Assembly (NCBI RefSeq): GCF_964355755.1
Contig: NC_092680.1
Location: 17,741,045 to 17,805,044, forward strand
Source of the DNA: Antedon mediterranea
Taxonomy: Eukaryota > Animalia > Echinodermata
Length of the DNA: 64,000 nt
Reading direction: 5' to 3'
The translations under genes were made by a program, and so were the position numbers. Below, piece after piece: positions 48,585 through 61,580 of the stretch (positions within the stretch are counted from its first letter, which is position 1; each line of letters begins with the position of its first letter). The notes beneath the pieces are model-generated. The model saw only the letters and a list, made by a program, of their open reading frames with translations. It had not been told where the DNA came from and searched no databases.

Positions 48585-49155
48585 GCCTATCTTAGTTTTT
48601 AATATCTCTATTAATAGAGTTATCTTAGTTTTATTTTTAAACTAAGATATCTTTATTTTCGAACAATGACAGCTTGGCTTGGCGCGCCTTAAATAATATG
48701 CAGATTTACTCAAGCAGTACGTTCCAACTGACAGTCGAGACGCCGAGTGCTGAAGCAATCATCGAAATCATGGTAAAGAATGCTTGGGTGATTATTTACC
48801 TAACGTCTCCTGATTATTTTGCTACTACAAACGCATCTGTTTTTATTCAGTTGGTCAAAATCAAAAGGAACATATTAACTAAATTAATTCACAAACTATA
48901 TATAGACTACCGGTAGTATATATAAGTTTAACTGTACTTAACTTAAAAAAACAACAAAAAGGCGTTTAAGAAGCCTCGATTCAACAGAAAATGTTCGCTT
49001 ACATAATTTCTAATGCGTTCGCCTTAACTAATTATCCTTTGTATGAAGCTATCAATTTTCTCGTAAATTCTTTAAATTAATTTTATTGTACAATACATAG
49101 GCTGACAATAATTTCCTTAAAACATTGTTATAGCACACAATCACTATCAATCAGC

Positions 49156-51165
49156 TCATTTTCTATTTAATTTTGCATGAATGAAATATAGTTCATTTGC
49201 AAAATACATTAAGCCCTCCTTGTTTACAGGCATTTCCCGCTTACACCACTGGACAGCGTCTTGGAGAAACTCGTCGTGGTGTTTTAGAGGCAGGTAGTTG
49301 AAATGCCCCAGTAGTGTACGAAGATGCCCTGTGAAAGAAGAAAGAAATGGATAAAACAATAAGCAAAATTGTTTTGGTCCAATTATCCAAATTACTATAG
49401 CTTTTTGTAGATAAGCCTTTTCTCAAAGTAGGGCAGAACGGTAATGATACCGGAGTGAAAATAGCAATAAAGAATTCTCTACGCCCTATGCCTATTTGTA
49501 TACCGTACCTTTTAAACGATTCTCGTCGGGAATAATTAATTCTTCACATGGATTTTTCTCCTCACCGTGAATAACTTCAAATCCTTCTGACTCTAAAAGT
49601 GTTGTCCAATCAGCATACGTAAAATCATTATACAACTTGTGTTCATAGTTCTGTTGAGAATACAGTAGCCTACTTAACTTAACATAACATTGGTAAAATT
49701 GTATCCAGTGTACAATAGTTAACATAAAATCAAATATTTAGCGAAATACTTGGAAATTACAATAGGCAGTGTCTGCTGGTATATACCTATTTGCAAAAAA
49801 AAAAAAAATGATAGCTTGGAAATTGTGGACGCTATTGTGCGAAAAGGTAAACAACAAAGTGTTATAGGACCACTTATAAATTGTATTTTGCTAAATAATG
49901 AATTACCGTAAAAAGTGTTCGTACCTTGAGAATATCTTTCCATTTGGTGTTATTTTTCAGATAGAAGCCCAGTTCACCTGGTCGAACCCCTAGCATCTTC
50001 AGCATTGGTCCAGTAACAATAATAAATAAATCCCCTTGTTGTTTAAGACAATGTTTTATATTTTGTATAGACTTCTTCTTATCTTTTACCCAATGCATAA
50101 CGATAAGTGAAAGTGCTTTAGTAAAGTGATTTTGCCATGTTGGAAGATCTTTCTCAAGCACTTGAACATCTCTGGTTAAATACACAATATTATTGCGATT
50201 GTTTTTCTGTTCCGCATAGTCAATCATTTCCTTTGAAATGTCGATGCCTTTAAAGAAAAAATTATATACATGTGAGTACATTTTTTGTTTACCAGGCAAA
50301 ATTGCTAAATTATATAGCAGGTAACCTGCTATACTTTATTTGTAATTAGCATTGTTTACGTAATAGATTAATCCACTGATAACATGTATACTGTACTACA
50401 ATTTTTTATAGTATATCCCTGACAGTAAAAATTGCAATACTGTATAAAGAAAATGTAAATGAGATATAAAGATTCGGCAATACCGTACGTAAATTATTAA
50501 TGCCATACTGTATAAAGTTTCGATAGTATGTAAATGAGATATAAAGATTCGGCAATATCGTACGTAATTTATTAAAGCAAACTTAATTATTATAGAAATA
50601 TAAAGATTCGATAGTACATGATTTGGCTTATATTTATTGGTTTGACCATACATCATACAGCTGTAACTCAACTCGCCATAGGCCATGGCGTTGACAACGA
50701 CAATCAAAGAGTAGGGGTTGGTAGTTGTTTTTTTTTTTTCCTTTATTCTTTTCTGTATGTAAAGTAATTGTTATATTTTATATTATTATTATGCACCTGC
50801 TAAGTGTGCCACCGATCTAAAGGTATATTTCCCCAAATAAAGTCATTTTTTCTATTTGTTTGTTATTGCATTCTTATTAATCTCAATGATACTTGCAGTA
50901 TATTTTATATTTGTCTGTTTTTACCTCTGTATACTTATTTTAGCATTCGAAAAAAGAATAAACAGCAGAAGACAATTTATTGTAAAAACTTACCAACCAC
51001 TGACGTCACCGTATCCGCAATTCGGGCGGTAAAATCACCAGAACCACAGCCTATGTCGAAAACTACATCCTCTTTTGATAAGTTGAATTTGTCATGAAAC
51101 AAATCAATTGTAATTTCTTGAATGTTACGAGATTTAGAATACAATTCTGATTGTTGTGAGTTCAT
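49156..51165 (-). CDS. Class I SAM-dependent methyltransferase, juvenile hormone acid O-methyltransferase-like, ~269 aa
   Basis: Exons 50994-51165, 49925-50247, 49509-49650 and 49156-49328 (810 nt, GT-AG, consistent phases). Motifs VFDIGCGSGDFT, VVGIDISKEMIDYA, FTKALSLIVMHWVKDKKKSIQNIKHCLKQQG. Confidence 0.85.
50437..50625. repeat. Short tandem duplication in methyltransferase intron 1
   Basis: atgtaaatgagatataaagattcggcaatac/tcgtacgtaa occurs twice, plus a partial third copy. Confidence 0.7.
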
Positions 51166-52766
51166 ATTGGTTGTGTTAATACCAATCCACAAATGTAAAT
51201 GTATTGCACCAGGGAAGAGTTAAATTAAATTAATTCTTTGCTGATTATACGCAGCATATCAGTAAAAGTGGACCTAAGAAACAATACCTCTATTATTTAA
51301 TAGTCATTGTCCGTAACAATACGTGAGCGTTATTGCAGGTAGGCCTCAACAATACTTGTTGCAATTTTGTTACTGGTAGAAGTCAACGAGTTAAGGTCAA
51401 ATTTGCTCGTAATGTGTTAAAGATGCATAAATATAAAGAACATCTAAACACACTAGCTAGCCAGATTGGCTTCATCAAAAAAATTGTTCTGGAGTTGGAT
51501 AAAGAACAAACAAAAATCAAGTAATTATCCGTCGATTATGTCCCACAACGGTGTTTTTCTAATTACGAAAAAGTTGCTTTATTCAACTCATATTCAACTT
51601 TTTTTTCCATTTTTCCTTAGAGGTCTTCATTGAATGGTCGTTAAGAGGGGCGGTCGCTTACGAGAGGTGGTCAATTATAACAAGCGGTCCCTTAAAAGAG
51701 GCGGTGGTCGTTGCTGGCGATAGTAACTAAATAAGCTGGGAGGCAATTTTCGTTACTACATAAGCTGTTGACCGTTTCTACCTTAGCTGGTGTTGATTTT
51801 TATTTACTACCGTACATAAGCTGTTGGTGTTTCTACATTAGCTGGAGGTTTTAATACATTTGGCGGACGATCGCAGACACGGACGGTTAGGTGAAATACT
51901 TTACTCGGTAACATTTAGAATAGTAACATAATTTACCGTATTTTCTTAATGCTTAAACTTTGTTAATCAACTTTTTTTTAAGTCATTCATTAAAACAAAA
52001 GGAGCATGAACATTTATGTAAAATAAATAATTCTGTTCCGCCTGTATTGTTGAAAACGGAACATTATGATTCGCGGACGAGGACGACGTCCAAACATTCT
52101 TCTCCCGAGTTTTAGAGTTGTGACGTACGTATGACGAGAGATTCATCAGAGATCTCTCACCACCACTCTACAATCATGAATCTGTTTCATGTTCTGTGAC
52201 TTTGCAATTCAGACAAGGGTCAATAGTACGCACACATATCTAATTATATTAACTTAATAACAAAATCACATTACACAATTTCAACATTTCTTTGAAATAA
52301 TTCCGACATATAAATCACGATTATGCTTTATGCTTTAACCAACTGTTATCTCATTCGGCCGTTGTTCGACAATAACGATTTATCTGAACATTTCGTCTGC
52401 ATTCTTGTCGGATATTCCAAGACTTACTTCGTGTTTAGTCTATTACCGTTTGACTCGTTACTTTGAATTCATTGATAAATGAAAAATACATGACAACTAA
52501 CTACATTGATTTACATGATGTAAGTCTAGCCACGATCTAGATGCATTTCGTCCAATTTCCGTTTATTTAATCAATTGTTTCCATTTTGTTCGGTTCTATT
52601 TGGTTACCATCAGCTGGTCAAATTCCTCATGATCGAATCCCGTACGGCCGAATCATTCCTCATCGGTGCATCTTTTATTTTAAGAATACTGGATGCCCTA
52701 CATTTTCATATGGGACTTTTTATTCAACTATTTTATCCGACACCGTTATTTTTATACGTATATGGT

Positions 52767-52944
52767 CAGTGGCGTAACGGCTATGAGCGCTCACTGGCTA
52801 AACCCAGGGGCCCTGGAACTTAAGAAGGCCCCTGAGCAGTGCCAAGGGGAAAACAGTCATTAAAATATGTCGAAAAGCTGAAAACGCCCGAGGCCTCCAG
52901 CGTTGGAGCAACTTTGGGCCTCTGGCATCTGCGTTACGCCACTG
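52767..52944. mobile_element. hAT-like MITE
   Basis: TIRs CAGTGGCGTAACG...CGTTACGCCACTG; second copy at 58660. Confidence 0.8.
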
Positions 52945-54210
52945 TAGAGACTAGAGTAGTACTGTATAGCCTAAAGATGAGGTGAAGGTAAGGATGGGGG
53001 CCATTCGAAAGGATGTGGGGTGGATCTCAATGAAGAACCTTACGTCACACAACATGATGCACGTCTTTATGTCTTTCCTCAGACACAGGTTGACGCGTCG
53101 AGTGGCGGTTGACGCATTCCTCACCGTTATTAGATCTAACGCGTTATTTTGAGTGTCTTTGCGATAAAGAAATATACGAACATTTTTCTTAATCAGTATA
53201 GTTCAAAAATACATCTCCATAAAATAAATTACATTACACGACTTCTTTTATCTGTTAAAGGAAAATTCCCTTTTGTAGAATACCAACCATTATAACATTA
53301 ATGTTATTAACTTTACTCAAAACAATAACAAACTGATAAAGCAATGACGTTCAAACTTTCGTATTTGCAAATAGACTATATCCTCTGAGACATCTTAGGC
53401 AGACTAAAAGACAACTATAAATCATCATTAGATAGATTTGCGAATTGTTATGATATAGAGAAATTGTAAAATACATATATAAACACTATAAAATCCAACA
53501 TGTTTGCAATATTCAATTAACTATTATACTATAAAGGTCACCTCGTTTTATTTTCGCTAAAAAATGCATGCGAAAAATAATAATACTATCGTGTTTCCTT
53601 ATGGGGTTTCTTTCTTAAAAATGGATTCTTGAATCAATTCACTAGGCCTAGTAGATTGTTAATTATTGTGGCCACGAGAAAGAACATTTTGAGGCTGAAA
53701 AAGATACTTATTTATAATGATACCGGTTAATAAGAAGTTGATTAAACCAAGATACTCCCAAAACGATATTGCTTGTTTTTTTTTGTATCTAACAACAAAA
53801 CAATAATGATTTTTTTTAAAGTTGCCATGGTATTTATTGAGTGTTTATAATGATGAGTGCATAATAAAAGAAGTGAAAGACATAAAGTAGGCCTATGCTA
53901 GATAATGAAGAAATAAGTACACCATAATCAGATAGTCATCTTAAGTGCCAATACTAACCCCAAGATAACTATAGCGACAATAGTACTTTTATTAATGCAC
54001 AAACGTTGGTTTCATGTACTGTATGTAACATAACGAATGGAAGGTTAAATGCACTTTTTAAAAAATCAATCACACACAATATTGAGGCTGAAATAAAGTA
54101 AACGTTTTCTCTAAAGAATAAAACAAATTGAAAAAAAAAACAACAACTCAGTAGTCCTCTCCTTCGGGATATTTCTTTGTTGAATTACCAAAAATACAAA
54201 ATAAACCCTA

Positions 54211-54387
54211 AAGCTATGTCTACACTATCAAACTAGTTTGACAAAAAAAGGATGATGTGCCCAAATAATGATACGTGATATGCCCAAACATGGTACTGAT
54301 TATATACGAAATCATCATGTCAATATATGGGCACTACCTCGCATGTTTTTTTTTGTCACATAAAGTTTGATAGTGTAGATAGAGCTT
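54211..54387. mobile_element. AAGCTC-family MITE
   Basis: ta-aagctatgtctacactatcaaact ... agtttgatagtgtagatagagctt-ta. Confidence 0.8.
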
Positions 54388-54469
54388 TAAGAAATCCACA
54401 CTCCCATTCCTGATTAACAATGACCTATTATAGTGCAATAATATATATATATGAAATTCTTAATTTTGA

Positions 54470-54818
54470 TAGGCCTACGGTTAATTAATAATTTTACTCG
54501 CAGTTTTAAAATTTGTAATTGTATATTCTTTATTTTTTTTTTTTATGAATTTATATGTATTATATATAATTTTATATTAGATGGTTGTGTAATTTTGCTC
54601 GTTTTTGATATATATCTTTGTAAATTTGTAATTGTATATTCTTTATTTTTTTTAATGCATTTTGTATATATATATATATATATTTTTATATTGGATGTTT
54701 GTGTAAATCTTGCTCGTTTTTGATATATTTTTTATGTTTATGTTACTGGACGCAATTCAGTTTTGTACTGCCATGTCTTTGTTTTTAATAAACCAGAATA
54801 AATAAAAAAAAAAAAAAA
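54470..54818 (+). mobile_element. Retroposon 3' tail remnant with an internal duplication
   Basis: T-rich tract with two similar halves, ending aataaataaaaaaaaaaaaaa. Confidence 0.4.
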
Positions 54819-56774
54819 GCATCAACCTAGTTAATCACACCTTTTTTCAAATTATCCAGTAGTATCTCACTAGAGCAGCACCGACAGACAAGCTTTTGCC
54901 GCATTAACAAAATGCATAAAACACCTACACTCTGGATTAAGAATACTATGGACATTTATTTTAAAAACAGTTCAGTATAAAATAAATTACCAATACTTTA
55001 ATTCAGTTAACGGAACGGAATGTGAATTGTTATTCTGGTGTTGTTTTTCATCAACGGATTACAAAACAAAGATTCTGTCTATTGGAAAGCCTAGATTGAA
55101 ATATCTGCTGCATCCATTGACCATGGCTTTTATCCATGAGATGACCCGACGCTAATATGCGTGACCATTCAGTTAATCTCTAACAATGTGTACAGGTCAT
55201 AGAAAAAAATGAGTATTAAAAGTTGACGCGTTCAAACGGTAATTGTACGTAAATGTAAATAATGTATCTCCAGAAATGTACCTCCTTTGAGAGAATAACA
55301 TTCAAATCGCCGCGAAAGTACAAAATTGGTGGCGTTGTTGTATTTCAAAAGCAATAGTATAAAACCAAAAATATTTTCAAAACGCGAAAAGATTTTTTGT
55401 CGTACACGAAAAAAAGTAATATTAAACGATCGTTTAATAGTGCGTACTATTGCACGCCATGTGACCCAAATTCGTCCAATCAAATGACAGGAATTTATTT
55501 GGGTGTTATATAAACACGTAATAGTTACTGTATTCTCAATTATCCTAATACAATAACACAACATACTATGTTATCAAGCTTTCATTATCTGTTTGTCCAT
55601 ATACATCGCACGGCTGAAACAAAGGGAAAATAGATTGTCCAATCAGATTCCTAGTTATTTCTGGTTAATAGTTACGATAATTTGAGCCTAGTTACGATAA
55701 TTTGAGCCATTGTTAATAAACTTAAACATATTCATAAAAGTTATTGAATTTGGAAAAACAAATTGTCAAATGACAGAACATATTATAACCGTTAGGACAT
55801 ATATGTCTTACAGAGATACTATTTGTATTTTCCATGTGTGCATTCAATTTAAAATACACTTCAAATTAGTTCGCAGTCATTAAATCGATCTTTTATGCAG
55901 TTGCGTCAGCCGAATATTAATATTTACCGACTGTTCATTATCAGTGTGATTTGAAAGGTATCTTAAAGACGTTCTATCACGTACTGAAAATTTTAAGATT
56001 ATGAATTTTATAATAATAAGATCGATCGAAAAGAAATATTTTTTTCAATTGGCCGTCAGGGATGTTAAGAATATACCGTACACACACTTATTGACAGTAT
56101 AGTTTCTAAAACAATTCGATTTTGCGCGATACCCTTGTAGAGAGACATACAGTACACAGAAGGTAGGTATAGATTATCTATAGTATTGACATGATGACCC
56201 GGCCTAGTTGTATAATGCACAATGTGTTTGAGGTATGTTATATTACATCACAGGGCAGATTATATATACACTATTGATCGGGGAGTCAATTATGTAAGCC
56301 TAACATAATTAGATATCCTGCTATTTGGTAATATGATAATTTGTACGTATGCTATATTAACACTACGTATTATTGGTTCACCCGACTATCTGTAATGTAT
56401 CTTCCCATATGACAACAGTCAACATTCTGAAATAGTGTAACATGTAGGCCCATCATAATTATTTGTTAGGCCCACCTGCATTAAAGTATTATGATGCGTC
56501 ACATTTGCTTAATTAGCTTCCTATACTAGGCCTATGAAATGGTCAAGAATAATAATGTTTCCCTTTAAAATCCCCTAATTATTTCAGACAAGTGTCCATA
56601 TGGTATAATACATTACAAAAAAAAAGAAAAGCTGAAGGAGAGAGGACCAATACTTTTATCTAACGATTGACATATCACAGTTTAGCAAACTGCTCCCACT
56701 CGACCCTGAATACAGTAGAACCTTTCCGTTTTTTATATTAATTAAAACAAAAATTTAAAAAAACCTCCACTGGG

Positions 56775-56966
56775 ACACCCCTATTCAGGTAACACCCCTA
56801 TTCAGGTAACACCCCTATTCAGGTAACACCCCTATTCAGGTAACACCCCTATTCAGGTAACACCCCTATTCAGGTAACACCCCTATTCAGGTAACACCCC
56901 TATTCAGGTAACACCCCTATTCAGGTAACACCCCTATTCAGGTAACACCCCTATTCAGGTAACACC
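56775..56966. repeat. 17-bp perfect tandem repeat, 11 copies
   Basis: acacccctattcaggta x11, inside a tacagtagaacct...ctactgt Tc1/mariner-like shell (~56711-56995). Confidence 0.95.
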
Positions 56967-58659
56967 TGTTAAGGGGACATTTTTGGGACTACTGTGTATT
57001 ATTATTAATTACGAACTAAACATCATGTTCAAGTTGTTTGGTACGGTACGCCAACATGATAAAACAGTGAACAAAAATAAACTAAATATCTGAAAATGTT
57101 TTACTGTCTGAAATGACCATGAATAAATAAAATAAAGACATGTTTATTTATCAATTATAAATACGATGCGTTTAAAACCACTTAAATGTCGAAACTTTAC
57201 AGCGTAACATCAAGGCCAACACTTAATACAATATTTCGCACATAGTTCTATTATAAATTTGCATTAATAAACATGACAAAATATGAATACATTGACGCTG
57301 GAACTCATATAATGATATGAGACCTATTATGACGTGTTGTATATTATACTGTGCATAAATTATTATACTTGTATATTATTTTAAACACGGTAATCTCTTC
57401 TTCCTCGGTCACATTTGCCTAGACAGAAGAAGAGATTACCTTCCAAAATGTACTTAACCTTACCCTCTAAATAATCTCTCTCAACTATAAAAAAAAAAAA
57501 AAAAACACGCTATTGATAGACCTCGAAACCAGGGTTCCAGTGTAAACCCTTTACCACTCGACCAAACATTTTGGTTGAGATAGTCACGTCAATTGACTAT
57601 GATGGCATGGTTGTGACCGAGGAGGAATAACTTACTTATACCTTTTAAACACGAATACTGTATAAATAGATCATGGTATGTATTAAATCTTGCATATAAA
57701 AAGCCGACAGAATGATCTGCACAATTGCAGTCGATAAGATTAACGAATTATTTGAATTACAAGTAAATTTGAAAATAATGAATATGAGACGCCATTTGCT
57801 AAGTGTGATAAATTGCATTAAAGGGAATCAATTTATTATTCATCCCATTTCCATAACTTTTTTTGTTTTGAAAATGAGTATATTTATTTTTACTATTTTA
57901 ACAGTCCTCCCCACCACTCAACCTCCATTTTCTTGAGGAAGCTTCCCCTTCCATCGTTGTTCGGGGTGATCTCGTTGGGTAAAATTAAAATAATCAATAA
58001 CATACTGTTTGAGTCAGCCTTATATCGCCCACAACACATTTATAGTGTACTGACTTGTGTAACTGTTAGTATATTAAGCTATATTACAGTAGCATTGGGG
58101 GAGCCACCAACAATCATAGACATCCGGGAAGCGCAGATGGGGATAGGATGTTGCTGGGTACGGTATGCTGGGATGGCTTTTATTGGAATGGAATGAAAGT
58201 AAATTCCTGGACACTACAACGTATTTTCCATTGAAAAAATAGTATTACTGTACATAAAGACAGATATGTCTGGAAATGTACCGCCAATGGCCGACGGCAG
58301 TTGACAGATCGATGGATAGGCTTTCACATCTATTTCCAGACATTTCATTTTAATGCTCTTTAATTACTAATAGTAGTTTTCTCACCTTATTTATGTTACT
58401 CGTTTCGTCTGTAATTTAATGCAATTTGCATTGTGTAGTTCACATTGATATTAATGTAGTGGACATTACAGTACTATAGCCGGATGAATTTAACAAGTTA
58501 TGCTATAAATATTGTACGACGTTACGCGTCCATTTTGATTTATGGATGTTTTTTTTTTATAGTTTTATTGTTAACTTTGTCAACAAACTATACAGCTCTA
58601 TTCTTGTTTTCGTTCGGCACCTATACGTAAGCTTGTCTCCCACTTCGACGCAACCGAAG

Positions 58660-58818
58660 CAGTGGCGTAGCGGCTATGAGCGCTCACTGGCTAAACTCAG
58701 GGGCGCCGGAGCAGTGCACCACGAGGAAAAATCAGGCATTCAAATACGTCGAAAAAGCTAAAAACGCCCGAGGCCTCCAGCTCTGGCGGGCCACTCAGGC
58801 ATCTGCGTTACGCCACTG
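58660..58818. mobile_element. hAT-like MITE, nested in an older short repeat
   Basis: CAGTGGCGTA...TACGCCACTG; the flanks aaccgaag and aacccaat look like a decayed 8-bp TSD. Confidence 0.8.
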
Positions 58819-60001
58819 AACCCAATGGCGTAAGCGCGCCGCAAAGCATATGACCAATCACGAATCCAATATTCAACTCGTTGCCCTCTGTATCTAAGTG
58901 GGAACTTTAGAATACAACGTAGGCTATATCAGCGAGATGATTTCTCCTCTTTTCTCGTATTAGACGACAAACATTAAACAAAACCGAAGCTGACTGAAAA
59001 TTAGACTGGGTTCCAGACGGAATTTTGACTTAATTTTAGTAAAAAGATAAATATTTTTGCACATATGGCATTTCATACGTATGCTACTTGAGCTTGTATT
59101 TCGAGACAAAAATCGAAACGTCGACTGGTGGACTAACATAAAAAAGACAATACAGACTTGGAGCAAGTCTTAACTGAAAATATACACACAGCGTATAGTT
59201 GTGAATACAAATGGATTTACATAATGCAATGTGCAAATATTGCCGCTGTACTTACAAATAATAATAGACTGATTTTTGGATGTTCTTACTTTATCTCTTT
59301 AGCCATCGGTGATGAAACTAGTTAATATACCGTATCTATATAATAGCTGTACATTTGTTCATGACCCCAAGTTCTCGTTAATTCCTGGATTACAGGTTAA
59401 TATATAAAAACAGTATTGCATTGAAATAGAATTGATTAATCCACGTATGAAATTACATTTGGTGCCGCAATTCCCGTCATAATATAAACACATGTTTAGG
59501 GCACATGAAATTGATATTTCATAGATGTATACATGTAAACAGCTTCGTTAAGGTAACATGTCTAATTACAATCTTCAAGAGCGAAGTTGTCGAAATGCAC
59601 TAGAAAATGAAATGCATTTGTACTAATAGGGCCGTTGTACTTCATAGAAGTGCTCGCGTGTGTTCACAGAACTATATCCAATGCGTATATTACGATATTT
59701 ACTCAAAATGCACAGTTGGAAACACACAAATCTAATTTAATAAAATGATTATTTAAAAATAAATTTTCACATTTCATGTCTGTAGAATGAAAATTACAAA
59801 TGATGTATAAATCTCAAATTAAAATACAGAAGTTAGTTAGTTATTTTGTACACTTTTACACGCAATTAAAAAAAACACACACAATATATAGTATTTACAC
59901 TGTACAAACAAATACTCTAGTTTACATAAAAAAATGGTATAAAATGATTTATATATCATATAATATAGGAATCTATGTGTATTATTTGGTCAAAAAATCG
60001 T

Positions 60002-60127
60002 AAGCTCTGTCTGCACTATCAAACTAGTTTGACAAAAAAGCCCAAATATGGTAGTGATATGACATCATCATGTCCGTATATGAACACATCTTTTGTCACA
60101 AAATTTAATAGTGTAGACAGAGCGTTA
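60002..60127. mobile_element. AAGCTC-family MITE in the presumptive BLM 3'UTR
   Basis: aagctctgtctgcactatcaaact ... atagtgtagacagagc. Confidence 0.75.
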
Positions 60128-60182
60128 GCAATAAGCATCTCCTTAAATAATCTAATGATAAAAATACTGTAGATGTGAATGA

Positions 60183-61178
60183 TTAGATTCTATTCACACT
60201 AGAAAGGAATGATCTTGGTTGTGGATTTGGCATCAGATTCAGTTTGAGTGGTCCAGCTGTGGCGTTACCTTTCGTTTTGAATGCAAACTTTTTGGAAAGT
60301 GTTCCCTTGTTGGAGTTATTATTGTACGATGATTTTGACACCCATCCAGTGTTGGCGTTCTTGTGATTGCTCGCTGTAGCATTGTCCACTGATCTCATTC
60401 GCTTGTTGGTAGTTGTCCGAGGAGCTCTTTTACGTTTTGTTTGTTGTCTTTTCTTGGTTGTGTCAGAATCAAAATAGTGTGAATTGTTGCTTTGAACCGA
60501 TGTGTTTTCAAATTCAAAATCGTCTTCTTTAACTTCAAATTATAAAGAATGAATGAATTATTCAACATTTTATTGCACACTACCAGTACCAGACTGTGTC
60601 GTGAAGGAGAAATGTTTGGCGAAATGAATCCACTGCAAAATGGCATATTCAAAGATTAAAGATGTATAGTCCCCCAAAAACATGAAAAATTAAGATTAAT
60701 AAAGAAAAGGCCATTTCACAGTTTTTAATATAGAAAAAAAAACTATAAAAAAATGTTTTTTACTTACGAAAAGACAAAATAAAGGGTAATATTTAACTAA
60801 ACACCAACTTCCAGTCAATTTGACTATTTTTTTGCAATAAATTACAGTTTTCCCAGGTAAAACATTTTTTTCGATTCAATTTCGGGTCATAGTGAATAAC
60901 TACTATGCAGTATTGAAATGACATATTTAACTAAAAATTTTTAAAAAATTATTTTTTTCTGATGGACAATGTATCTTTAATTTTATTCATTTTGAACGTT
61001 GGGACAATACATTTATAACAGATAAACTTACGTTTTTCAAACTGGGGTTGAAATTTATAGATGACTTCAAGAAATTCTTGACCAAACCTGACCAACTTAG
61101 CTTCGGTCACTCCTGTACAGCACAACATCTCCTCATTGGTCAATGGTAGCTTCTCTGATATTTCTAAGAGACTTTGCG
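60183..61178 (-). CDS. BLM: Bloom syndrome RecQ helicase, last two coding exons (part of HRDC and the C-terminal tail); upstream exons not found in the window
   Basis: Exon 61032-61178, QSLLEISEKLPLTNEEMLCCTGVTEAKLVRFGQEFLEVI, is HRDC-like. Exon 60183-60532 gives ..SHYFDSDTTKKRQQTKRKRAP (NLS-like) and ..LMPNPQPRSFLSSVNRI*, resembling the BLM SHYF..RKRKK and PPKP..RPFL tail. The phase-1 junction is consistent. Confidence 0.75.
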
Positions 61179-61264
61179 CTTAAAAAAAACAACAAATTGT
61201 CAAATTATCAAACATTATTCAATTAATCATTTAATAAACAACTAATCAATCAGTAATCAACAAT

Positions 61265-61580
61265 TAATAATAATAATAGTCCATTCTTATCTAGCGCATA
61301 AACAAGCTCTCAATGCGTTGTACATAAATTAAAATAGACGATGGCAATAATTTTAATTGATGAAAAGCTTGTTTGAAAGGAAAGACTTCAACTGGGTCTT
61401 GAAAGAGTTTGTTTGATTGAAATAGTTAGGGAATTCCACAGAGTTGGAGCTGCCACAGCAAAAGCTCTTCAACCATGTAGATGTCCTAGTCTAGTCTTAG
61501 GAACTTCTAGCAGACATTGGCCACCTGATCTAAGAGATCTAGTAGGCTGGTAAATATGCACGAGCTTAGATAAGTAAACT
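61265..61580 (-). mobile_element. 3' fragment of an L2/CR1-group LINE in a BLM intron
   Basis: Translates to LSKLVHIYQPTRSLRSGGQCLLEVPKTRL..RAFAVAAPTLWNSL..FKTQLKSFL, followed by a gcgctagataag-(tat)n tail. Confidence 0.8.

Noticed and set aside
45447-50247. Both the discoidin gene and the methyltransferase gene have consecutive 323-nt and 142-nt exons with the same phases
   Set aside because: No sequence or protein similarity between them; treated as coincidence.
203-51165. BHMT plus a SAM methyltransferase as a methyl-cycle gene cluster
   Set aside because: They are ~38 kb apart with unrelated genes between; no evidence of co-regulation in the sequence.
51333-51524. ORF containing NFVTGRSQRVKV
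   Set aside because: At most a tiny LINE reverse-transcriptase scrap; too short to call.
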